DNA of 64,000 bases. Source: Patescibacteria group bacterium. Lineage in GTDB: Bacteria; Patescibacteriota; JABMPQ01; JAQVVF01. Within the stretch, counting starts at the first letter, position 1. Each line of letters starts with the position of its first letter. The notes beneath the pieces were generated by a model. It was not told where the DNA came from and did not search any database. It worked only from the letters and a program-made list of their open reading frames with translations. The stretch is taken from positions 25,721-89,720 of the forward strand of contig JAQVVF010000003.1 in NCBI GenBank assembly GCA_028699085.1, in the 5' to 3' direction. Positions 11,749 to 19,969 of the stretch are shown here, piece after piece. The position numbers and the translations under genes are program-made.

Positions 11749-12447
11749 CTATTTGATGTTAAATGATTGGACAATCTTCTCAAAAGTCCCATTACTTTGA
11801 TATTTATTAGTTAAATCAGAAATCTCAACATATCCGCCATTTGTTTTTACTGAAATCACGGTTGAATTTGAATAACCTGCTACATTTTTAAATTTATATG
11901 CATCCAAACCATTTACTTTTAATTTTTCAAAACCACCTGAAGAATCAGAAAAATAATTAACATCATTTAAACCATCATAGAATCGATCAAAATCATAGCT
12001 TTGTTTATTGCTCTTAAATGTAAAAACAATATTACCTTTATTATTTGCTGTGCTATCCAACAAATCAACTAAGCCAACCTTATTTTTTTCTGTTTCATTA
12101 ATTTGAAAGCCATCTAAAACAATAAAAGAAAACTTTTGTCCATTAAATGTATCAGTATATTCTTCTCCACCAACATCTTCTTTATTAAGTTCATTAACAT
12201 TAGAATTCTCATTTGCTTCATTAATATTTGCATTTATAGAATTTTCATTTATTACTACTACTTCATTCGGTCGATACGTTTCAACAAAACTATTTTCATT
12301 GCTAATTTCAATATCTTTTTTATCATCCTTGCCACATCTACTAAATAAAAAAATGATACCAAATAAAATCGATGAGACAACAAATCCCACAATAATTCCT
12401 TTTACCAAATTATTGTTACCAACATTAGTTTTATACATAATTTTCAA
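11749..12447 (-). CDS. Hypothetical membrane-anchored, Asn-rich protein
   Basis: 232 aa. There is one N-terminal TM helix (GIIVGFVVSSILFGIIFLFS) and a low-complexity N/E-rich segment. No known motif. Confidence 0.45.
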   Translation of the reverse strand: MKIMYKTNVGNNNLVKGIIVGFVVSSILFGIIFLFSRCGKDDKKDIEISNENSFVETYRPNEVVVINENSINANINEANENSNVNELNKEDVGGEEYTDTFNGQKFSFIVLDGFQINETEKNKVGLVDLLDSTANNKGNIVFTFKSNKQSYDFDRFYDGLNDVNYFSDSSGGFEKLKVNGLDAYKFKNVAGYSNSTVISVKTNGGYVEISDLTNKYQSNGTFEKIVQSFNIK

Positions 12448-12491
12448 AATTAACTAATATAACATATTATTATACAAAAATACCTATTTTT

Positions 12492-12520
12492 AAGCAAACA
12501 AAAAGACCCTATCCTGGGTC
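12492..12520 (-). terminator. Intrinsic terminator on the minus strand (GACCC-aggata-GGGTC followed by T5)
   Basis: On the minus strand the sequence reads gacccaggatagggtctttttgtttgc. It is the last of four consecutive hairpins in a GC-enriched stretch. Confidence 0.5.
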
Positions 12521-12631
12521 TATGCGAAAAGTGCATGCCTCCATTCTCCTTACCTCTCTAGATATCGTTTCGTTTTCTAAAATTTTTGCTTCCATTTTGG
12601 AAGCTAAAATTAGGCTCCCTCCTTCTCTTTC

Positions 12632-13345
12632 CTAGGGAGCAACATTGCGGCTTTTGTTTGCCGCAAGATCTTGTGAAACAAGAACGCCTTGAATACTTCT
12701 ATAGCAAGTATATATATTATCAGCCAATCTTTCAATATCATCTGCATCAATACCATGCTTATTAAACATTGCTTTTCTCAAATTACCAGTACTAGAAAAA
12801 ATGCGTTTATCCTTCAACAAAAGTGCTAATTTCCGATTTAAAAATATATTAGTTCCCGTCTGATCAATAAAGAATCTCCACACTGATACAGCCCCCTGAA
12901 CATGAACGCAAGCGCTATATCCATCATCTCCAATTTTCAACACTTGCCAATAATCACTGCCAAATCCACTAAAATTTTGTTTTTCAACAATTTCTAATTC
13001 ATTATCTCCAATATGGAATCCTAAAAGCTCATAACCTCTTTTTTGCAAAGACCACTTTTTACAAGCGGTAACTACACATAATGAAGACAGTTTCACTATT
13101 CCTAACAAAAAAGATAAATCTACGATTACAGAACCAGTCCTAAAAGGAAGAACAATTCTTCGTTCTTCATCCCAAAAACGAACACTGTCAATTGCTAATT
13201 TTCTATCGCTATTACTAGTAGCAAAAGCAAATATTTCATTTCTTAAATTTAATAATCGTTTTGTAGAACCGATCTCAACCAAATCTGCCTCTATCCATAG
13301 CATCTTCGCCTCCTTTTTTCTTCTTGAAAATTGTTCAAAGAACAT
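12632..13345 (-). CDS. Hypothetical protein. The true start is probably the internal Met (MLWIEADL...), near 13303.
   Basis: 237-aa ORF with no recognisable family. Its 3' end overlaps a GC-rich hairpin-forming region. Confidence 0.45.
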   Translation of the reverse strand: MFFEQFSRRKKEAKMLWIEADLVEIGSTKRLLNLRNEIFAFATSNSDRKLAIDSVRFWDEERRIVLPFRTGSVIVDLSFLLGIVKLSSLCVVTACKKWSLQKRGYELLGFHIGDNELEIVEKQNFSGFGSDYWQVLKIGDDGYSACVHVQGAVSVWRFFIDQTGTNIFLNRKLALLLKDKRIFSSTGNLRKAMFNKHGIDADDIERLADNIYTCYRSIQGVLVSQDLAANKSRNVAP

Positions 13346-13383
13346 TTATAATTAACCAATATCATACTATAATGTAGTTAAAC

Positions 13384-15147
13384 ATGTCTGTCAATAAAGC
13401 CACAATTAAAAATATCCCTAATAAACCTGGTGTTTATCTTTTTAGAGATGCAAAAAAACAGATACTCTATGTTGGAAAAGCAAAAGATCTCAAAAAAAGG
13501 CTAAATTCATACTTTCAAAACGCGAATAGTTTAGCTTTAGATAAGATAAAAATGGTTAATCAAGCCAAAACAATTGATTATATTTTAACAACAAATGAAT
13601 TAGAAGCATTGTTGCTAGAATCAAATTTAATTAAACAACATCGTCCTAAATATAATGTCATTCTCAAAGATGACAAAAACTATAAATATATCAAAATCGA
13701 CTATCAAGACAACTTTCCAAAAATTTATTCTGTACGAAAGATTGAAAAAGGCCCTGCACAATATTTTGGCCCATTTACCGACGGCTACGCTGTAAATCAA
13801 ACTCTTGATCTATTACAAAAGATATTTAAATATCGAGATTGCGAAAAAGACCTGAACAAAAAATTTGGACAAAGAGAATGTCTTAAATATCATATCAAAA
13901 GATGCCTTGCTCCATGTATTGGCAAAGTAACAAAAGAAGAATACGATCAAACAATTAGACAATGCGAACTATTTCTAAAGGGAAAACAAAATCAGATCGC
14001 CAAAAATCTTGAAGAAAAAATGAAACAAGAATCAGCGAATAAAAATTTTGAACGAGCTGCAAAATTAAGAGATCGCCTAAAAGATATTAATACAATCATT
14101 AAAAAACAAATTATTATCTCAACAAAACAAGAAAACCAAGATTATATCTCACTTTATCGAAAAGATACTGACTTTATTATTAATCTTTTTATAGTTCGTG
14201 AGGGCAAGCTAATTGGCAAAGAAGATTTTCTACTTAAAGCCGATTTTAATACCAATAACTCAGAATTGCTAGAATCATTTATCAAACAATATTATCAAAA
14301 ACAAACTGACCGACCAAAAGAACTGATCTTACCAGAAACAATCAATGATCAAGATTTAATTGAAAAATGGTTAAAATTGACCATAACTATTCCAAGCATT
14401 GGCAAAAAAAAGCAAATGCTTGATTTAGGAATAAAAAATGCAATTGAATATTCTAAGCGAAAATTTGATAATTCTGCTGTTGGAGAAAAAATATCAATTC
14501 TTAGCAATCTTCAGAAAATATTGAATTTGAATAGCCTGCCTAATCGGATTGAATGTTATGATATTAGCAATATTCAAGGCAAAGAGGCTACCGGCTCAAT
14601 GGTTGTTTTCCAAAATGGCTTTCCTAGTAAAAAAGAATATCGCCTCTTCAAGATTAAAACTGTTTTTCAAGCCAATGATGTTGCTATGATCAAAGAAGTT
14701 TTAGAAAGAAGAGTTCACAACAGCTGGCCAAGTCCAAACCTTATTATCATTGATGGCGGAAAACCACAAATCAATGCTGCTTTACAGGTTTTAGGCGAAC
14801 ATAATTGGCAAACATCCTTGATTTCATTAGCCAAAAGATTTGAAGAAATTCATACCTTAAATAACCAAGATCCTATAAAATTACCAGCCGAATCTAAAGA
14901 ACTTCATTTGCTTCAACAAATTAGAGACGAAGCTCATCGTTTTGCAATTACCTATCATAAAAAACTTCGATCTAAAAAATCGATTATCTCCTCTTTAGAC
15001 GAAATACAAGGTTTAGGTCCAAAATATAAAAAATCATTACTTTTAAAATTCGGAAATATTGAAAATATTAAAAATGCCAGCCTTGAAGAATTGACAAAAG
15101 CCTCGAACAAAAAAATTGCTCAACTAATAAAACAAAACTTATCTTAA
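13384..15147 (+). CDS. uvrC: Excinuclease ABC subunit C
   Basis: The N-terminal GIY-YIG domain reads PGVYLFRDAKKQILYVGKAKDLKKRLNSY. It also has a UvrBC-interaction region and C-terminal RNaseH-like and HhH domains. 587 aa. Confidence 0.9.
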   Translation: MSVNKATIKNIPNKPGVYLFRDAKKQILYVGKAKDLKKRLNSYFQNANSLALDKIKMVNQAKTIDYILTTNELEALLLESNLIKQHRPKYNVILKDDKNYKYIKIDYQDNFPKIYSVRKIEKGPAQYFGPFTDGYAVNQTLDLLQKIFKYRDCEKDLNKKFGQRECLKYHIKRCLAPCIGKVTKEEYDQTIRQCELFLKGKQNQIAKNLEEKMKQESANKNFERAAKLRDRLKDINTIIKKQIIISTKQENQDYISLYRKDTDFIINLFIVREGKLIGKEDFLLKADFNTNNSELLESFIKQYYQKQTDRPKELILPETINDQDLIEKWLKLTITIPSIGKKKQMLDLGIKNAIEYSKRKFDNSAVGEKISILSNLQKILNLNSLPNRIECYDISNIQGKEATGSMVVFQNGFPSKKEYRLFKIKTVFQANDVAMIKEVLERRVHNSWPSPNLIIIDGGKPQINAALQVLGEHNWQTSLISLAKRFEEIHTLNNQDPIKLPAESKELHLLQQIRDEAHRFAITYHKKLRSKKSIISSLDEIQGLGPKYKKSLLLKFGNIENIKNASLEELTKASNKKIAQLIKQNLS

Positions 15148-15151
15148 ATTT

Positions 15152-15301
15152 ATGACCAACAACCATTACAACCACATCCAAGAAGAACTAGAAAAAAAAG
15201 CAGAAAAAAAGGAAAACCGCAAAGACAAAATGAAAATTTCCGGCCAAAGCGTTAGGAAATTAGCCAAAATTATTAAAGAAAAAGGCCAAAAAAAATCCTA
15301 A
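15152..15301 (+). CDS. Possible small basic protein of 49 aa (MTNNHYNHIQEELEKKAEKKENRKDKMKISGQSVRKLAKIIKEKGQKKS). It is not in the supplied ORF track.
   Basis: An ATG sits 5 nt after the uvrC stop. The protein is K/E-rich. Low-complexity AT-rich DNA could produce such an ORF by chance. Confidence 0.2.
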   Translation: MTNNHYNHIQEELEKKAEKKENRKDKMKISGQSVRKLAKIIKEKGQKKS

Positions 15302-15342
15302 ATAAAACTTAGGAAATAAAGATCAAATTCTTAAAATATAAA

Positions 15343-15780
15343 CTACCAAGTACGCGAATTTGGATGGCCTACAGCTCGCGCTTGCGCATTATGATCATCC
15401 CAGTTCACGCTCAACCTCATCAATTCATCAAATTCAGCCTGATTAGAACCAATTTCTTCCAAGGTCGCACCAGAAATTTTCAGATGCTCCTTCACACGAT
15501 TCAGATATCCAGTTGCACCTTTCTTGTGAGCTCGCAACCGCGCAGCATCCAAATCAGCAAGTGCCAATGTCTTGTGCTTTCGTTTCTGCAATTCACCAAT
15601 TTCCAAAACCAAATCCACACTTGAAGATTCTTCAGCCAACTTCAATGCTGCACTGCATTCTTCCCAATAGTCACGATACACATGAAAACCTTTTTCAATG
15701 CCTACAGAATGACAAAAATTTCCAACATTAACATGTTTACGCAAAAATTCCATTCTTTCTGACAAAGTTTCTGGACCCAT
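15343..15780 (-). CDS. Hypothetical protein, 145 aa, of atypical (higher GC) composition
   Basis: The ORF has roughly 45% GC against roughly 32% in its surroundings. There is a strong Shine-Dalgarno sequence (GGAGG 8 nt upstream of ATG) and a canonical promoter upstream. No family was recognised. Confidence 0.5.
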   Translation of the reverse strand: MGPETLSERMEFLRKHVNVGNFCHSVGIEKGFHVYRDYWEECSAALKLAEESSSVDLVLEIGELQKRKHKTLALADLDAARLRAHKKGATGYLNRVKEHLKISGATLEEIGSNQAEFDELMRLSVNWDDHNAQARAVGHPNSRTW

Positions 15781-15816
15781 CCCAGACCTCCTCTCTCTGC
15801 CCTAGTGGCTAGTTAT

Positions 15817-15879
15817 ATTATACTATATTAACAAAAAAGTCAACAATTGATTGACAGTATTTTGCCAGATTGCTAAAAT
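15817..15879. promoter_or_regulatory. Divergent sigma-70 promoters
   Basis: Leftward promoter for 15343..15780: -35 TTGACT (reverse complement of 15838-15843), then a 15-nt spacer (short, possibly miscounted), then -10 TATAAT (reverse complement of 15817-15822). Rightward promoter for 15900..17057: TTGACA at 15851-15856, a 17-nt spacer, then TAAAAT at 15874-15879. Confidence 0.55.
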
Positions 15880-15899
15880 GTAAAATACAGTTTAAAAAA

Positions 15900-17057
15900 A
15901 TGAATCCCACAAAACCAAACAAAATTCGTTTTATTATTTTGATTGTAATTCTAATTATTACCGTTGTCTTTGGTACCCTAATAATTACCGATAAAAATCA
16001 TGTTCTTTTAGCAAAAATTACTCGCACACCTCAACAAAAAAACACAACTAAGATTATTGTTAATGATAAAGATCAAAAAAAAGAATTTACTTCCGAAAAA
16101 GAATCATTGCAAGAAGCTTTGAAAGATAATAATATTTCTATTTTTCAACATGACATTGTAACACCAAAATTAGACACTAATATCAAAAAATACAGTCTAC
16201 TTATAGTTGATATTCAAAGGAAATACGCTGTTACAATTATTGATAAAAAAAATAAACAAGAAATTGTTACTGACAAAAATATTATTAAGGATATTCTAAA
16301 AGAGCAAAAAATTAAGCTAATTAAAGAAGACACGATTATTCCAAATTTGAATGACAAAATCGAACACAACGGAAAAATAATAATCTCCAGAGCAAATTCT
16401 GTAAATATCATAGTCGATGGTCAGGAAAGAAATATCAAGACTCATTTAAAAAAAGTTGACAAAATCATCGCTCAAGCTGGTATTAAATTGGACAAAGATG
16501 ATTATTCTATCCCAGACAAAAACTCTAAAATAAAAAATAATGCTAGTATCGAAATTATTCGAGTTACCAAAAAAACTGAAACAACAAAAGATGAAATTGC
16601 TTTTGAAACAGAAACAGAATATTCAGATCAGATGTACGAAGATGAACAAAAAGTCACCCAAGAAGGTGCAAACGGAATTCTTGAGAAAATCTATGAAATT
16701 AAGTTGGAGAATAATAAAGAAATCAGCAGAAAACTAGTTTCAGAAAAAAACACCCTAGAACCACAAAACAAAATTATTGTTTACGGCACAAAAAAACACC
16801 CTATTGGAAAAATAATTACTGGCGGCCGCGCAACTTATTATTATGGACCAACGATTGCAGCCTGTAACCTCTTTCCAGCCGGAACAAGGCTAAAAGTCAC
16901 AAATACAAGTACTGGTCAGAGTATTGAAGTCACAGTTGACGATACTGGTGGGTTCGGCTGGCCAACAGTAATCGATTTACGTTATGATTATTTCGAAAAA
17001 ATCGGTGGCACAGTCAGTGCCGGCGTAATTAATGTCACAATTGAAGAAATACTTTAA
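15900..17057 (+). CDS. Cell-wall-associated protein with a DUF348-like domain, a G5-like domain and a C-terminal 3D (MltA-like DPBB) domain; YabE/Rpf-type
   Basis: There is an N-terminal TM helix. The C-terminus reads GRATYYYGP...CNLFPAGTRLKVTNTSTGQSIEVTVDDTGGFGWPTVIDLRYDYF, typical of 3D-domain lytic-transglycosylase-like proteins. The track ORF begins at a TTG at 15870; the ATG at 15900 is preferred. Confidence 0.6.
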   Translation: MNPTKPNKIRFIILIVILIITVVFGTLIITDKNHVLLAKITRTPQQKNTTKIIVNDKDQKKEFTSEKESLQEALKDNNISIFQHDIVTPKLDTNIKKYSLLIVDIQRKYAVTIIDKKNKQEIVTDKNIIKDILKEQKIKLIKEDTIIPNLNDKIEHNGKIIISRANSVNIIVDGQERNIKTHLKKVDKIIAQAGIKLDKDDYSIPDKNSKIKNNASIEIIRVTKKTETTKDEIAFETETEYSDQMYEDEQKVTQEGANGILEKIYEIKLENNKEISRKLVSEKNTLEPQNKIIVYGTKKHPIGKIITGGRATYYYGPTIAACNLFPAGTRLKVTNTSTGQSIEVTVDDTGGFGWPTVIDLRYDYFEKIGGTVSAGVINVTIEEIL

Positions 17058-17133
17058 AAATACCAAATCTATTGCCAAATTGCTAATCCTATGCTAAAAT
17101 CAAAGAACTAGAATAAATTTTTTAAAATAAACA

Positions 17134-17152
17134 TTGTTCAACAATTGAACAA
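17134..17152. promoter_or_regulatory. Perfect inverted repeat TTGTTCAAcaaTTGAACAA upstream of secG (candidate operator)
   Basis: The arms are 8 bp and perfect with a 3-nt spacer. It lies about 60 nt upstream of the secG ATG. Confidence 0.35.
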
Positions 17153-17160
17153 TCGAACAT

Positions 17161-17196
17161 ATCTAACCTATCTAACTAGTCTAACTAGTTTAACTC
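17161..17196 (+). repeat. Four tandem 9-bp repeats (ATATCTAAC, CTATCTAAC, TAGTCTAAC, TAGTTTAAC) in the secG promoter region
   Basis: The tandem arrangement is read directly from the sequence. A related array lies at 41363-41398 and a partial copy at 8055-8066. Confidence 0.6.
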
Positions 17197-17211
17197 ATAA
17201 ATCAAAAACGC

Positions 17212-17427
17212 ATGTCCAATATTTTAAGCATTATCCAAATTGTTATCTCGGTTTTTCTGATGATCACTATTTTAATTCAAAATAAAGGCGTCGGATTATC
17301 TGCCACCTTTGGCGGTGAAGGCAATGTTTACCGTACCAAAAGAGGTGCAGAACGAGCCATTTTTATAACTACAATAGTTTTGGCTGTACTTTTTCTAGTT
17401 ACGGCAATGCTAAATCTGTTTTTCTAA
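17212..17427 (+). CDS. secG: Preprotein translocase subunit SecG
   Basis: 71 aa with two TM helices and the central motif LIQNKGVGLSATFGG typical of SecG. Confidence 0.8.
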   Translation: MSNILSIIQIVISVFLMITILIQNKGVGLSATFGGEGNVYRTKRGAERAIFITTIVLAVLFLVTAMLNLFF

Positions 17428-17441
17428 ACCAAACTAGCTAA

Positions 17442-19163
17442 ATGAACAAATTTAACCAGGAGGACAAAAAACAAACATTTCCTCGTTTTTCGCAGCTTAA
17501 ATATCTTCCAAAAGCCTTAAACAAAAAAGAAAAAATCCTAAGTTTATGCTTAATCATAATTTTGATTCTTAGTTTAGGATTTTTGAGTTATCAGCAATAT
17601 ACAAAAAGAATTGAGGTAATTGCGAAAGATGGCGGTAAATATACTGAAGGCGTTGTTGGTACGCCAAAATTTATTAATCCAATCTATTCTCAAACCAATG
17701 ATGTTGACTCGGATTTAACCAAATTGATTTATCGCGGATTAATGAAGTATAACAATAATCAAGAACTTGTACCTGACCTTGCTGAATCTTACGAGATTTC
17801 CAAAGATAAAAAAATATATACTTTCAAATTAAAAAATAATATCAAATGGCACAACAATGAACCATTTACTACTGATGATGTTATTTTTACAGTATCTGCA
17901 ATTAAGAATCCTGAATATCAAAGTCCTTTGCAAATTAATTTTGAAGGTGTTGAAGTCAGCAAAATCGACGACTATACCGTTCAATTTACATTATTAAAAG
18001 ATAAATATTCTCCATTTCTAACTGAAAACACTCTTTTTGGCATAATCCCTAAAAAAGTTTGGGAAAGCATTCCACCAAAAAATGCTCCTTTTTCTGAACA
18101 AAATTTAGTTCCAGTAGGATCAGGCCCTTTCAAATTTAAAGAATATAAAAAAGATAAAACTAGTGGTCAAATTATTTCTTACACTCTAGAAAAATTTAAT
18201 GATTATTATGGCAAAAAACCATATCTTTCTGAAATAATTTTCAAATTCTACAATGATTATCCTGATCTTATAACTGCTTATAATAAAAAACAAATTGATG
18301 CTATCAGCTATGTTCCATTTGAAGAACAGCAAAATATTAAAAAAGAAATTAACTCTTTTAGCTTAAATTTACCACATTATTATGCTATCTTTTTTAATAC
18401 CAATGAAAATGATGCATTAAAATATAAACCTGTTCGACAAGCTTTGAGCTATGCAGTTGATCGCGAAAAAATCGTCAACGAAATTTTAAACAAACAAGCA
18501 ATTCAAATTGATTCTCCCATTCTTCCAAATTATCAAGAATATAACCCAGACAGTAAAAAATATAATTTGGATTTAGAGAAAGCAAAAAAGACTTTAAAAA
18601 AAGGTGGCTGGAATAAAAAAGAAAATGTTTTATCTTTTGAAGATACAAAATTAGAAGTAACTTTAACCATAATCAATCAACCAGAATTCCAAAAAATTGC
18701 TGAAATTATTAAATCAAATTGGGAAAGCATAGGCGCTAAAGTGAACATCGAAGCTTTAGAAGCTACTGATCTTCAATCTAACTATATTCGTCCTAGAAAA
18801 TATCAAGCTCTTCTTTATGGACAATTGTTAGGTCATGATCCAGATCCTTATCCTTTTTGGCATTCTTCACAAACTAAAGATCCAGGTCTAAATCTTTCTT
18901 CTCTAGAAAGAGATAATATTGATAAACTTTTAGAAACTGCTCGCCAGCAAATCAATCCTGAAGAAAGAAAAAAAACCTATCAGAAATTTCAAGAACTTTT
19001 AATTAACGAAGCTCCTGCAATATTTTTATACAGTCCTACTTATTTGTATGGACAGAATAAAAAAATCAAAGGCTTCAATCAAAAATTTACTTTTGTTCCA
19101 TCAGACCGATTTTCAGATGTGGAAAATTGGTACATCAAAACAAAATTAAAAATAAAAAATTAA
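17442..19163 (+). CDS. ABC transporter substrate-binding protein, family 5 (oligopeptide/dipeptide/nickel type)
   Basis: 573 aa with a signal-anchor and an SBP_bac_5-like organisation (…LAESYEISKDKKIYTFKLKNNIKWHNNEPFTTDDV…). No permease or ATPase gene is adjacent in the window. Confidence 0.7.
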   Translation: MNKFNQEDKKQTFPRFSQLKYLPKALNKKEKILSLCLIIILILSLGFLSYQQYTKRIEVIAKDGGKYTEGVVGTPKFINPIYSQTNDVDSDLTKLIYRGLMKYNNNQELVPDLAESYEISKDKKIYTFKLKNNIKWHNNEPFTTDDVIFTVSAIKNPEYQSPLQINFEGVEVSKIDDYTVQFTLLKDKYSPFLTENTLFGIIPKKVWESIPPKNAPFSEQNLVPVGSGPFKFKEYKKDKTSGQIISYTLEKFNDYYGKKPYLSEIIFKFYNDYPDLITAYNKKQIDAISYVPFEEQQNIKKEINSFSLNLPHYYAIFFNTNENDALKYKPVRQALSYAVDREKIVNEILNKQAIQIDSPILPNYQEYNPDSKKYNLDLEKAKKTLKKGGWNKKENVLSFEDTKLEVTLTIINQPEFQKIAEIIKSNWESIGAKVNIEALEATDLQSNYIRPRKYQALLYGQLLGHDPDPYPFWHSSQTKDPGLNLSSLERDNIDKLLETARQQINPEERKKTYQKFQELLINEAPAIFLYSPTYLYGQNKKIKGFNQKFTFVPSDRFSDVENWYIKTKLKIKN

Positions 19164-19187
19164 TTCTCCAAAATTTTATTTTATCTA

Positions 19188-19271
19188 GCCCTGGTGCTGG
19201 AACTGGCATACAGGCTAGCTTCAGGAGCTAGTGCCCTCACGGGCGTGAGAGTTCAAATCTCTCTCAGGGCA
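19188..19271 (+). tRNA. tRNA-Leu (anticodon CAG), class II with a long variable arm
   Basis: The hand-folded structure is: acceptor GCCCTGG/TCAGGGC (one G-U pair); D-arm CTG-(11 nt)-CAG; anticodon stem CTAGC/GCTAG with loop TTCAGGA (anticodon CAG, G37); variable hairpin GCCC-tcac-GGGC; T-arm GAGAG-TTCAAAT-CTCTC; discriminator A. CCA is not encoded. Confidence 0.85.
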
Positions 19272-19293
19272 TTTACGAAAACCACCAAATTTT

Positions 19294-19890
19294 ATGATAA
19301 AAAATGTTATCTTTGACATTGATGGCATGATTATTAAGAGAGAAATGTATTTTAGCCAATATTATTCACAAAAATTCAATGTTCCTTCAGAAATAATGCT
19401 TCCCTTTTTTAATAATGAATTTCAGCTTTGTCTAATTGGAAAAGCTGATCTAAAAAAAGAAATAGCCAAATATCTTAATTCATGGAAATGGAAAAAATCA
19501 GTCGATGATTTTCTCTTACTTTGGTTCGAATACGAAAGTAATCTAGATAATAGAGTTTTAGAAAGCATAAAAAAGCTAAGAAAGAAAAAGATTAATTGTT
19601 ATATCGGTACTGACAATGAAAAATATCGAGTCAATTATCTTCTTAATAATCTGAAATTAGCAAAACATTTTGATGGAATTTTTGCTTCTTCCAAAATTGG
19701 TTACCAAAAAACACAACAAGAGTTTTGGTCAAAAGTTTACGAAAGCCTAAAACAACCTAACAAATCAGAAGTCTTATTTTGGGACGATGATAAAAAAAAT
19801 GTAAAGTCAGCACAAGATTTTGGTTTTAATGCTAAAATCTATACTAACTTTTCGAATTACGAAAACAAAATAAAATTATTAATTAATTAA
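19294..19890 (+). CDS. HAD superfamily hydrolase
   Basis: Motif I is FDIDGMII (DxDG) at the N-terminus. GTDNEK and FWDDD fit motifs III and IV. Confidence 0.65.
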   Translation: MIKNVIFDIDGMIIKREMYFSQYYSQKFNVPSEIMLPFFNNEFQLCLIGKADLKKEIAKYLNSWKWKKSVDDFLLLWFEYESNLDNRVLESIKKLRKKKINCYIGTDNEKYRVNYLLNNLKLAKHFDGIFASSKIGYQKTQQEFWSKVYESLKQPNKSEVLFWDDDKKNVKSAQDFGFNAKIYTNFSNYENKIKLLIN

Positions 19891-19969
19891 CAAACAATTT
19901 AACATTTAACAAACAAAAAAATAAAACATTTTAAAATAAATTTTTATTTTACTTACAAATTAAACTTAT

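Noticed and set aside
12485-12660. SRP (4.5S) RNA or 6S RNA
   Set aside because: I could not find the conserved domain IV motif of SRP RNA or the 6S central-bubble architecture. It is kept only as an unassigned structured region.
15870-15899. TTG start for the G5/3D-domain gene as given in the ORF track
   Set aside because: The TTG falls inside the predicted -10 hexamer. The ATG at 15900 (MNPTKPNK..., followed by a TM helix) is the more plausible start.
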